From the NCBI GenBank assembly GCA_016191085.1, contig JACPPJ010000054.1, positions 24,646 through 88,645 on the forward strand: a stretch of 64,000 bases of DNA, written 5' to 3'. Positions 30,825 through 39,214 of this stretch are shown one piece after another. The stretch is from Acidobacteriota bacterium. GTDB lineage: Bacteria; Acidobacteriota; Terriglobia; 2-12-FULL-54-10. Every line of letters begins with the position of its first letter. Position 1 is the stretch's first letter. The position numbers and the translations under genes are program-made. Under the pieces are notes generated by a model. The model had not been told where the DNA came from. It did no database searches and saw nothing but the letters and a program-made list of their open reading frames with translations.

Positions 30825-31118
30825 ATGAGACGTTGGCGAAAAATTGTCGAAACCGAGTGGCAACCCACCCATTGGACTCTGAGGCTGGAGTGCGGCCACG
30901 TCGCCTACAGATCGGCACAATACAGCCGGCGTGAGCTTCCCGCCAACGTTATCTGCGAGGCGTGCAACTCCCTGGTGGGTAGCAAGGTGAAGAAGCCGCT
31001 CGGTACACTGGGAACTATTACGCGTTACAGCGACGGCATGTTCGAGATCGCGTGGAACGACAGCAACTCCACACGCTGGACCCTGGACGAACTCCGGGAA
31101 GAAGTCGAGATCGTCTAG
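30825..31118 (+). CDS. Small hypothetical protein with putative Zn ribbon (LECGH...CEAC) and SH3-like tail
   Basis: GGAG RBS before ATG 30825; Cys/His pattern; protein-like composition. Confidence 0.6.
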   Translation: MRRWRKIVETEWQPTHWTLRLECGHVAYRSAQYSRRELPANVICEACNSLVGSKVKKPLGTLGTITRYSDGMFEIAWNDSNSTRWTLDELREEVEIV

Positions 31119-31213
31119 AGCTGACCACAGGAGGAGCCCCCCTCCTGCCGTCCTATCCCACACTAAAACACCAGATATCCCAGCGCCTACCGCTTTCCAG
31201 TCGGTGGGACGAT

Positions 31214-32023
31214 TCATACGGCGCGCTTGACGTGGCGCAGGATAGCGCGGCTGAGCAGTCGGCCGTCGATGTGGCCTTTTACGAGGTAGTCCTGCGCTCC
31301 GTTGGCCAGGGCCTCTACTGCTTTGTCGCGGTCCTCAATTCCCGTAATGATCAATACGGGAGTATATGGTTCTTTGGCGCGGAGCCGCTGCAGAGTATGT
31401 ATATCCTTGCTGTCTGGCAAGCCCAAGTCTAACAAGATCACATCAAAGCGCTCGCGTAACTTTTCGATCGCGTCCGAGAGTTTCGTAGCAAGCACCAGAT
31501 CAAATCGGAAGCCTTTTCGGGGCGCGAGCATATGCCGTACGAGGGCGTAATCTCCGGGATTGTCCTCCACAACCAGTACCTGAATGCGTTGTTCCTGATC
31601 TCGTTTCGTGCCACCAGCAGGTGTGCCCGCCCGCGCGATCCGGTGCGCGCGCGCCGTCTGGCGCAGGATGGCTGCAATCAAAGCTTCAGAATCGATCCGG
31701 CCCTTCACAAAGTAATCGCGTACGCCGATCTTGATCGTGTCCCGAATGGTTTGCGGCATGTCCAAGCCCGTCAACGCTACGATCGGCAGATCGGGATACG
31801 CGGTGTTCAGACGGCGTACGCCATCCAGTTCCCAAGCATCCGGCAATTGCAAATCCAGCAGCACCACGTCTACGGATTCCCGTTTGAGCAGTTCGAGCCC
31901 GGAACCAAGGTCGCGCGCATACCGGATCTCGAAAACAACGCCGCGGGCTGACCCGAGTACGTGACCGACCATGCGGGCGTCGCCGGGGCTGTCTTCGATT
32001 ACCAGAACGCGGATGCTGTCCAT
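31214..32023 (-). CDS. Response regulator made of two tandem receiver domains
   Basis: VLVIED...LLDLQLPD...LTG...DYFVK, then VLVVED...LLDLGLPD...ITG...DYLVK. Confidence 0.9.
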   Translation of the reverse strand: MDSIRVLVIEDSPGDARMVGHVLGSARGVVFEIRYARDLGSGLELLKRESVDVVLLDLQLPDAWELDGVRRLNTAYPDLPIVALTGLDMPQTIRDTIKIGVRDYFVKGRIDSEALIAAILRQTARAHRIARAGTPAGGTKRDQEQRIQVLVVEDNPGDYALVRHMLAPRKGFRFDLVLATKLSDAIEKLRERFDVILLDLGLPDSKDIHTLQRLRAKEPYTPVLIITGIEDRDKAVEALANGAQDYLVKGHIDGRLLSRAILRHVKRAV

Positions 32024-32069
32024 TTTATGCTGTGTCAGCCAAAATCGTGCGGCAGCAGCGGAGGGGCAT

Positions 32070-32486
32070 CTAAGGGAGCGTTGCCGTCTGGATCCAAAAT
32101 TGTTCGATAGAACGAATCACTTCGTCGTAGTCCTGCATCTCGATTGGTTTGCTGATGAAGCAATTCGCATGCAACTTATAGCTGGACACGACATCTTCTT
32201 CGGCTTGAGAACTGGTTAGCACGATGACGGGAATGGAGTCCAGATCGGGGTCCTTCTTAATTTCGGCCAAAACGGCGCGGCCATCCTTGCGGGGCATATT
32301 CAGGTCCAGTAGAATCAGATCCGGGCGGGCTACGTCTGAGTAGGGAACTGCGCGACGCAGATAAGCAAGCGCCTCTTCGCCATTCGATGCAACATTCACA
32401 TGCACGGGAGCCTGCATGCGCTTGAACGCCTCTTTCGTGAGGCGGACATCGCCGGGGTTATCCTCGGCGAGCAGGATCTGAAACAT
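32070..32486 (-). CDS. Single-domain response regulator (Rcp1-like)
   Basis: [26 protein letters not shown] and ANCFISKP. Alternative GTG start at 32516. Confidence 0.92.
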   Translation of the reverse strand: MFQILLAEDNPGDVRLTKEAFKRMQAPVHVNVASNGEEALAYLRRAVPYSDVARPDLILLDLNMPRKDGRAVLAEIKKDPDLDSIPVIVLTSSQAEEDVVSSYKLHANCFISKPIEMQDYDEVIRSIEQFWIQTATLP

Positions 32487-34971
32487 TTTGCGTGGTCCTC
32501 GTTTGCTCACTGACACTTATCAGCTCGACGGGGATCGTAAAGAAAAAGGTGGACCCCTTCCCTGGTTCAGACGAAACCCAGATCCGACCCTGCAGCCGGT
32601 CTATAATTTTTTTGCAGATCGCCAGACCGATCCCGGTCCCGGGATAGTCCATCCTACCATGAAGCTGCTGGAAAATGACGAATATGCGTTGGTGATGCTC
32701 AGGAGCGATTCCGATGCCGTTATCGCTTACTGAAAAGACCCACTCATGTCCATGCTGCCGGGATGATACATGAATGCGGGGAGGCTCTGTGCCCCGGAAC
32801 TTAATGGCATTTGCTATAAGGTTCTGGAGAAGTTGGGTCAGTTGTCCCGGATCTGTCATGACGGTTGACAGAGGGTCGCTCGTGACCACCGCTGAGTTCT
32901 CGTGAATGGCTACGCGCAGGTTCTCCAGCGCCGCGCCTAGAACGGCGTTGCTGTCCGTCGGCCGCAGATCCAGCTTGCCTGAGCCAACCCGCGAGTACTG
33001 CAGCAGGTCCGTTATGAGTTGCCGCATGCGTTTGGCGCCGTCAACTGCATATCCGATAAACTCATCGGCATCCGCGTCCAGCTTCCCTTTGTATTGCTCC
33101 GCTAGCATCTGCATATAGCTGGTCACCATGCGGAGCGGTTCCTGCAGATCATGCGAGGCAACATACGCGAACTGGTGCAGTTCCTCGTTGGAGCGTGCCA
33201 ACTCCGCCGCGTATTGTCTGAGTGCTTCCTCGGCGCGGCGGCTTTCGGTAACGTCCCGGATAACGCTTGTCACCAGCGTGCCTTCCGTGGTCTCCAGCGG
33301 GCTGAGACTGATGGAGACCGGGAATTCCAACCCGTCTTTGCACAAACCGTATAGTTCTAATCCCGCTCCCATTGGCCGGGTGTGGGGCTCGGCGAAGTAA
33401 TCCGCCCGGTATCCCGGATGCCGTTCCCGGAAGCGTGGCGGAATCAGCACTTCGATCTCTTGCCCCAGCAGTTCTTCTCGCCGGTACCCAAACATCTTCT
33501 CGACCTGCGCGTTGACCAGGACGATCTTCCCTGTCTGATTCACTACCACGACGGCATCCGGGGCGGCTTCCAGAAGCTGTGCGGATTTTATCTCCGCCCG
33601 CTTGCGAGCCGCGATTTCTTCCTGAAGCGCTTTATTGATAGCCTCGAGGTTAGCGGTGCGTTCCTCCAGGGCTTTATTCAGCCTTCGCATTTCATCTTCC
33701 ACGCGCTTGCGCTCGGTAATGTCGCGGATAATGCTGGAGGCGCCGACAATTCGGCCCCCTGAATCTTTGATTGGGGAAACGCCGAGAGACACATGGACTT
33801 GTCGGCCATCTTTCCGGCGCCCCACCGTTTCATAAGGCTGGATGTGTTCTCCCCGCTGGATCTGCTCCAAAATCCTAGGGAGTTCATTGGAGCGGTCTGG
33901 AGGAAGCAGGAGAGCAAGGGGGCGTCCGATTACTTCTTCCGCGGAATAGCCGTACAGCCTCTCGGCGCCAGGGTTCCAGCTAACGATGATTCCATCGACG
34001 GTCTTGCCGATGATGGCGTCATCGGAGGATTCCACCAGCCCCCGGAATTTTTCTTGCGCCAACCACCGCTCGGCATCCCGCCGATTCAGGTCCTTGGCGA
34101 TTAAATAAAGTAGGAAAGCCAGGAGCACCGTAGTCAACGTGACCGCGAAAGCCATGCCCGCGGCCGCGCTGTATAACCCCGCGTTTTCCCCCGCCAAGCG
34201 CAACCAGACCAGCGCCAGAAGAATCCCCATCCCGCTGGGAAGCAAGCGGCGCAACATCGCGCTGCCGGGACCATCGCTCACGATTATCTGCATTAGACCG
34301 CGATCCGGGCGAGCGCATAAGACTCCGCTGCTTAGCAAGGCAAATGCTATGGCCGAGTGAACCGGCATTGCTGTAGAAGAGGGGAGGTAAAGTAGAGAAA
34401 CGATGCTGAAGGTGTAGCCGATAACGACCAGCCAGGATACCAACAGTGCCACCAGCGCTAGAAATTGCTCCGGCCTGTATCTGTCGAGAACCCGTGACCC
34501 GAGGAGAAGCAGCCCGCAGCCGAGCAATGCAAAGTTCAAGGCGCCGAGGGGGGCTATCCGGCCCGGAGAGGATGTCAGAATGGCGCCGGAAGGTTCGTGG
34601 AACAGCAATTGATCTATGCCCAAATCCCACGCGAAAATGTATTCCGCCAGAGTCAGCGCTCCCACTAGGACGACTAGAATGGCGAGAGCACGGGCAATCC
34701 CACGTCCCAACCGTTTTGCGAAGGATTCGGGAGACTCCCTTCCCAACAACCAGAGCGAGATGCCGCCCATTACGAAAGCCAGGGCGGCGTTGGGCTTCAT
34801 TGAGACCAGCTGGGGAGAGATACTTTGCAGGGTTGGAACATCGAGGGCCCAACCAACCAGGACCAGGATGCCGATGACAATCGTGGAAGCGCTCGCAAAC
34901 ACGCTGAAGGAGCGACACTTGCGTTCCAATACCGATGATTGTGGGGAATAGGCAGTTGTATTCGTTTCCAC
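32458..34971 (-). CDS. Membrane sensor histidine kinase with two PAS domains
   Basis: Multi-TM N-terminus, two PAS/PAC domains, H-box [24 protein letters not shown] and GTGIGLAIC. Confidence 0.95.
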   Translation of the reverse strand: METNTTAYSPQSSVLERKCRSFSVFASASTIVIGILVLVGWALDVPTLQSISPQLVSMKPNAALAFVMGGISLWLLGRESPESFAKRLGRGIARALAILVVLVGALTLAEYIFAWDLGIDQLLFHEPSGAILTSSPGRIAPLGALNFALLGCGLLLLGSRVLDRYRPEQFLALVALLVSWLVVIGYTFSIVSLLYLPSSTAMPVHSAIAFALLSSGVLCARPDRGLMQIIVSDGPGSAMLRRLLPSGMGILLALVWLRLAGENAGLYSAAAGMAFAVTLTTVLLAFLLYLIAKDLNRRDAERWLAQEKFRGLVESSDDAIIGKTVDGIIVSWNPGAERLYGYSAEEVIGRPLALLLPPDRSNELPRILEQIQRGEHIQPYETVGRRKDGRQVHVSLGVSPIKDSGGRIVGASSIIRDITERKRVEDEMRRLNKALEERTANLEAINKALQEEIAARKRAEIKSAQLLEAAPDAVVVVNQTGKIVLVNAQVEKMFGYRREELLGQEIEVLIPPRFRERHPGYRADYFAEPHTRPMGAGLELYGLCKDGLEFPVSISLSPLETTEGTLVTSVIRDVTESRRAEEALRQYAAELARSNEELHQFAYVASHDLQEPLRMVTSYMQMLAEQYKGKLDADADEFIGYAVDGAKRMRQLITDLLQYSRVGSGKLDLRPTDSNAVLGAALENLRVAIHENSAVVTSDPLSTVMTDPGQLTQLLQNLIANAIKFRGTEPPRIHVSSRQHGHEWVFSVSDNGIGIAPEHHQRIFVIFQQLHGRMDYPGTGIGLAICKKIIDRLQGRIWVSSEPGKGSTFFFTIPVELISVSEQTRTTQNVSDPARRG

Positions 34972-35106
34972 TTTACTTCCAAACGCTGGTTGCCTCAGAT
35001 GGCCTCTCCGCGTTCTTAGAGATCATTGATGGGTCCTTCGATTTTCGGTTGTTTGTCTGAAGAGCGGTCCACGCGGCATGCGGGGGCCGGCTATGTTCAA
35101 TCCAAT

Positions 35107-35433
35107 TCAATGCAATGTATCTATCTTAGCCGCGAGGATGAAGTCGCTCTCTGTAAGTCCATCGATCTTGTGAGTCCAAATCGTGATCTCGACCTTTCCC
35201 CACGCCAGGAAAATGTCGGGATGATGGCCCTGCTCTTCCGCCAGCTCTCCTACGCGATTGACGAAGTCGAGAGCGGTACGAAAATCCGGGAACTGAAACG
35301 ATTTCAAAAGATGATGTTCCTTTACCACCTGCCAGTCCGGAAGTTCTCTCGCAAGCGGTGCGATCTCCGCGCCCTTCAGTGGCGGAACACCTCCCCTGCA
35401 CGGCACGCACGTCTTAGCCGCCAGCAATGACAT
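35107..35433 (-). CDS. phhB: Pterin-4-alpha-carbinolamine dehydratase
   Basis: AEEQGHHPD and WTHKIDGLTESDFILAAKID. RBS GAGGAGG before ATG 35433. Confidence 0.93.
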   Translation of the reverse strand: MSLLAAKTCVPCRGGVPPLKGAEIAPLARELPDWQVVKEHHLLKSFQFPDFRTALDFVNRVGELAEEQGHHPDIFLAWGKVEITIWTHKIDGLTESDFILAAKIDTLH

Positions 35434-35542
35434 GCTTTCCTCCTCGCGCTCAATATGGGACAAACGCAACAAATAACGCGGTGAAAGAGTGGATTTGTTA
35501 GTTTAGCCGATTTTGGGAGGTCTATGCGCGGTAACGAGAAGC

Positions 35543-35588
35543 AAAAAAAACGGGCAACGGCCGCTCCGCATCATGCGTCCGTCACCCG
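35543..35588 (-). terminator. Rho-independent terminator downstream of the radical SAM gene
   Basis: On the minus strand, CGGGTGACGG...CCGTTGCCCG stem followed by T8. Confidence 0.75.
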
Positions 35589-35613
35589 GTGAAAAAAAAC
35601 TGTCTATAATGCG

Positions 35614-37671
35614 CTAATCGCCGGAACCTACCAGTTCGTGCTCCTGCTCCACCTGCTCGGCGGGTTTCTTCTTCGAGATGGCGGGGCCGATCTGGACCAA
35701 CTCCGTCGGCTGCTCCTTCAGAACATGCTGCCGGTAGAGCTTCATCATCTCCCGGTTGCGCAGTTCATCGTTGGCCATCATCTTTTCCTGCGTGCGAGTG
35801 TGGGCGACGGTCGGGTCGGATTCCATCTGCGCGGGCCGGTTGAGGTGTTCCTCATTCAGCACCAGCGAGTGCTCGTTGTCGGTCAATGGGACGGATTTGC
35901 CGCCCGCGTAGATGGCGTGCCGGCCATGCTCCTCGTACCACTTGGTCAGCGTGGCGGTCATATGCATCTTCTCGATAATGTTGCGCCAGCCGATGCCGGT
36001 GTTGTACGCGCAGAAGGAAATCTCACCCTCCTGCGTCGCGTATGGAATAATGCACATCTCAGTGCGGCGAAAGTCGTAGGTCCACAGATCCTGGAACCAC
36101 ATGCCTGCGATGAAGAGGAAGTTCCACGGATCCTTGCGGCGCTCGACACCCACACCGTACACTTTGCCGGTCAGGCCCAGCGACTTGTCGAATTTCTTTA
36201 GAATATCGAGCAGCGTAAGGCTCTTGGGGGCTTTCAACGGATCGTAATTCCGCAGCAGCGCCAGCGCGGTCTGCACGTTCGTCAGGAACTTTCCGCGGCC
36301 GCTGTCGGTGATCTTCTTCAGGTCCTCACACAAGCCGGGAACATTAAGGAACTGCGGCACAGGCGCGAATTCCCCGGTAGCCTTATTGACCATCACCGCC
36401 GTGCCGACTCCGCAGCTAGGATGGCAACTGCAGGTTACCTGCCCCCACTGAGCGTCCGGCCCATGCGCCAGGTCCGCCAGATCAGAGAAGGCCGCCATGA
36501 GCGACAGCGGGAACCAATCGCGGCGCGGCTCAGTCATTCCGGTCTGCCGCTTCACGTCATACGCCATGTGAGATAATGTATAGCGCTGGCGTAACCGGCG
36601 CTCCTCTGTGACCTCCTCATCGCGCCCTGTAAACGAAACCGGCTGGAACGAAATGAAGGCGATTTTCCCAGGGTTGTTGATGGCGAACTCGATGATCGGC
36701 CCGACCTGCTCATTGTTGACGCCATTCACGAGCGTCGTGACCAGGATGATTTCGATTCCTGCGGCATGGCAGTTTTCAATCGCCTTGATTTTTACATCGA
36801 ACAGATTGCCGACTTTGCGGTGCTGATTATTCGCGTTGCCGATGCCGTCGAACTGGAGATAAACGTACCGCAGACCAGCCTCATAGGCGCGCTTGGAGAA
36901 TTCGAGGCTCTTGGCGAACTCGATGCCGTTGGTCGCCGCCTGCACGCTGTTGAACCCCAGCTTGCGGGCATAAGCGACAGCGTCAAGGAAGTAGGGCGAA
37001 ATGGTCGGCTCGCCGCCCGAGAACTGCACCGACATCTGGCGGCGCGGTTTAATCGACACGGCGTTGTCCAGCAGCGTCTTGATATCTTCCCAGCTTAGCT
37101 CGTGCACGAACCCGACCTGGTTGGCATCCATGAAGCATGGATCGCACATCATGTTGCAACGGTTGGTCAGGTCAATGGTGAGGATGGCGCCGCGACCGTG
37201 CTTCACGGTGCTGGAGCCGTGGTTGTGCAGTCTCTCATCATTGTGCGCCGGCATGTCGCGACCAGGGAAATTCGCCTCAATGTGCCGCAGGAACTCGGGG
37301 TCGATAGAAAGAATATCCTCAAAGTGGCCGTGCAGCGGGCAATCTTTCACCATCAGGATTTTGCCGTCGCGCTCGATGATCTGCGCCTTGATCTCCCCGA
37401 CTTTTTCGGTGAGCAGGGTGTTCACATCCTGCTCGCCGTCGATGATGCGCTGCCGTGCCTCCCTGACGCAGACAGGGCAAAGCGAGTCGGTTTCGCGAGG
37501 CCACCCAAGCGTTGGTTTTGTTTTCTGGTAGGACTTCTGCATGGGCTTGTCGGCCCATTTGGGAGTGAACGCCTTACTGGGATTAAATTGGTTGAAAGCC
37601 TGGAAGACATTCCACGCGGCGCTGGCGGCCAACGTGATCCCTTTATCCAGATATTTGGTCGGCTTATGCAT
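35614..37671 (-). CDS. tes: Radical SAM enzyme, tetraether synthase (Tes/GDGT-MAS, MJ0619 family) homolog
   Basis: SLCPVC...KDCPLHG, IDLTNRCNMMCDPCF, QFSGGEPT, ATNG, YLQFDG, FQPVSFTGR, HPSCG, MWFQD and ISFCAYN, in the order recalled for the archaeal family. AGGAG RBS before 37671/37677. Confidence 0.78.
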   Translation of the reverse strand: MHKPTKYLDKGITLAASAAWNVFQAFNQFNPSKAFTPKWADKPMQKSYQKTKPTLGWPRETDSLCPVCVREARQRIIDGEQDVNTLLTEKVGEIKAQIIERDGKILMVKDCPLHGHFEDILSIDPEFLRHIEANFPGRDMPAHNDERLHNHGSSTVKHGRGAILTIDLTNRCNMMCDPCFMDANQVGFVHELSWEDIKTLLDNAVSIKPRRQMSVQFSGGEPTISPYFLDAVAYARKLGFNSVQAATNGIEFAKSLEFSKRAYEAGLRYVYLQFDGIGNANNQHRKVGNLFDVKIKAIENCHAAGIEIILVTTLVNGVNNEQVGPIIEFAINNPGKIAFISFQPVSFTGRDEEVTEERRLRQRYTLSHMAYDVKRQTGMTEPRRDWFPLSLMAAFSDLADLAHGPDAQWGQVTCSCHPSCGVGTAVMVNKATGEFAPVPQFLNVPGLCEDLKKITDSGRGKFLTNVQTALALLRNYDPLKAPKSLTLLDILKKFDKSLGLTGKVYGVGVERRKDPWNFLFIAGMWFQDLWTYDFRRTEMCIIPYATQEGEISFCAYNTGIGWRNIIEKMHMTATLTKWYEEHGRHAIYAGGKSVPLTDNEHSLVLNEEHLNRPAQMESDPTVAHTRTQEKMMANDELRNREMMKLYRQHVLKEQPTELVQIGPAISKKKPAEQVEQEHELVGSGD

Positions 37672-38021
37672 GATCATCACTCTCCTGGAAGATGAGTTTT
37701 TGCCTTCCTCAGCGCTCAGGGGTTTTGGGAGAACGCTCGTCCTCGGGTCGACAACGATCCCCGGCACTCTCAAAGGCACACGGACACGGACACCTCTACA
37801 GAAAGCAGCATTGTACATGCCCGATGCCAGCAGAGTAAGTGTTTTTGGTTAAACAGTGACTTTTCATTGGCGTATGGGCGGATTTGCCATCTGAATGGGA
37901 TTTCCGCTATTAGTCGTATAGGGGGCTGCTTACCGAATTCCATTGATTTGCCATGCTTCTCCACTCAGACCGAGGCGTGAAAACGACCGTGGGTGGGCAG
38001 GATATAATCTATGTAACAGTC

Positions 38022-39203
38022 ATGCAGTCCATTGAATCAACAACGCGCGGATTAGAACGGTTCATTAAGGATGCTGCAGCGCGTCACGGATTTGATCTGT
38101 GCGGCATCGCACCCGCCGTCGTCCCCGATGAACACCGGGACCGGTATCTGTGGTGGCTGGAGCATGGGTTTCATGGAGAAATGACTTACATGGAACGGCA
38201 GCAGCGCCAGGACATCCGTCTCCTATTTCCAGAGGTGCGGTCGGTCATCTGCGCCGCCATGGTCTACAACAGTCCCTATCCTAAATCCACCGAATCTCCC
38301 GATCCCAACCGCGGCTGGATCTCCCGTTACAGCTGGGGCGGCGATTATCACGACATCATGCGTGATCGCCTGGAGCAGCTTTTATCCGAGTTGCGCGCCG
38401 AAATCGGCGTTCCGTTCGATGCCAGGATATGCGTGGATACCGCTCCGCTGCTGGAGCGGACCATTGCGCGGGCGGCCGGCCTGGGCTGGATCGCTAAAAA
38501 TACCTGCTTGATCAACCAAGAGATTGGTTCATGGTTCATAGTCGGTGAGATTCTCACCAGCCTGGAACTCGAACCGGATGCGCCGCCGCCGGATGGCTGC
38601 GGCAGTTGTACCCGCTGCATTGACGCCTGTCCCACAGCAGCCTTAGTCAGCCCCGGAGTGCTCGATGCCACGCGCTGCATCGCTTACTTCACTATAGAGG
38701 CGCGCGGCCCGGCGCCCGAAGAATTCCGTCCTGCCATGGGACGCCACGTTTTCGGCTGCGACATCTGCCAGGACGTGTGCCCCTGGAACCGCAAAGCCCC
38801 TGTAACGGAACTCCTCGAATTCCATCCCCGAACGTTTAACCAAATCCACGATCAGAGCCGGGACCGTGAGGGAGCGGGTGGGGAAACCAATCAGAGCCCC
38901 GACCGCACCGGAGGGGATCCGTCTGTCGCCGCCTCTCCTATATCTGTCTTCAACCCGCCGCTCGACTGGCTGGCGTCGCTCACGGAAGATGAATTCAAGA
39001 CTCACTTCCGCCGCAGCCCTATAAAGCGCGCAAAATATCGCGGCATGCTCCGCAACGTCGCGACCGCGATGGGCAACTCCGGCGATCAGCGCTATCTACC
39101 CGCTCTGGAAAAACTCCTCGATTTCCCCGACCCCGCCGTCCAGGAGCACGCCCGCTGGGCGATCGCGCGGCTCAGAGCAGAGCCGTCAACGATAATCAAA
39201 TAG
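38022..39203 (+). CDS. queG: tRNA epoxyqueuosine(34) reductase
   Basis: ISRYSWGGDYH, VDTAPLLER, CGSCTRCIDACPT, GCDICQDVCPWN and RNVATAMGN. Start ATG 38022. Confidence 0.96.
   Translation: MQSIESTTRGLERFIKDAAARHGFDLCGIAPAVVPDEHRDRYLWWLEHGFHGEMTYMERQQRQDIRLLFPEVRSVICAAMVYNSPYPKSTESPDPNRGWISRYSWGGDYHDIMRDRLEQLLSELRAEIGVPFDARICVDTAPLLERTIARAAGLGWIAKNTCLINQEIGSWFIVGEILTSLELEPDAPPPDGCGSCTRCIDACPTAALVSPGVLDATRCIAYFTIEARGPAPEEFRPAMGRHVFGCDICQDVCPWNRKAPVTELLEFHPRTFNQIHDQSRDREGAGGETNQSPDRTGGDPSVAASPISVFNPPLDWLASLTEDEFKTHFRRSPIKRAKYRGMLRNVATAMGNSGDQRYLPALEKLLDFPDPAVQEHARWAIARLRAEPSTIIK
38852..38916. repeat. Two tandem REP-like repeats inserted in-frame in queG
   Basis: TCAGAGCCGGGACCGTGAGGGAGCGGGTG (38852-38880) and the related TCAGAGCCCCGACCGCACCGGAGGGG (38891-38916), encoding QSRDREGA..QSPDRTGG. 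Confidence 0.72.
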
Positions 39204-39214
39204 CTCTCAACAGG

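Noticed and set aside
35107-37671. Pterin-modifying role for the radical SAM gene (old MJ0619 pterin-methyltransferase or MoaA label), suggested by adjacent phhB
   Set aside because: A terminator separates the two genes, the family has been reassigned to lipid C-C coupling, and MoaA's C-terminal CxxC-x13-C and GG motifs are absent.
37672-37950. Riboswitch or 49-aa N-terminal extension upstream of the radical SAM gene
   Set aside because: No known aptamer consensus was recognised, and the RBS position favours a start at 37671/37677.
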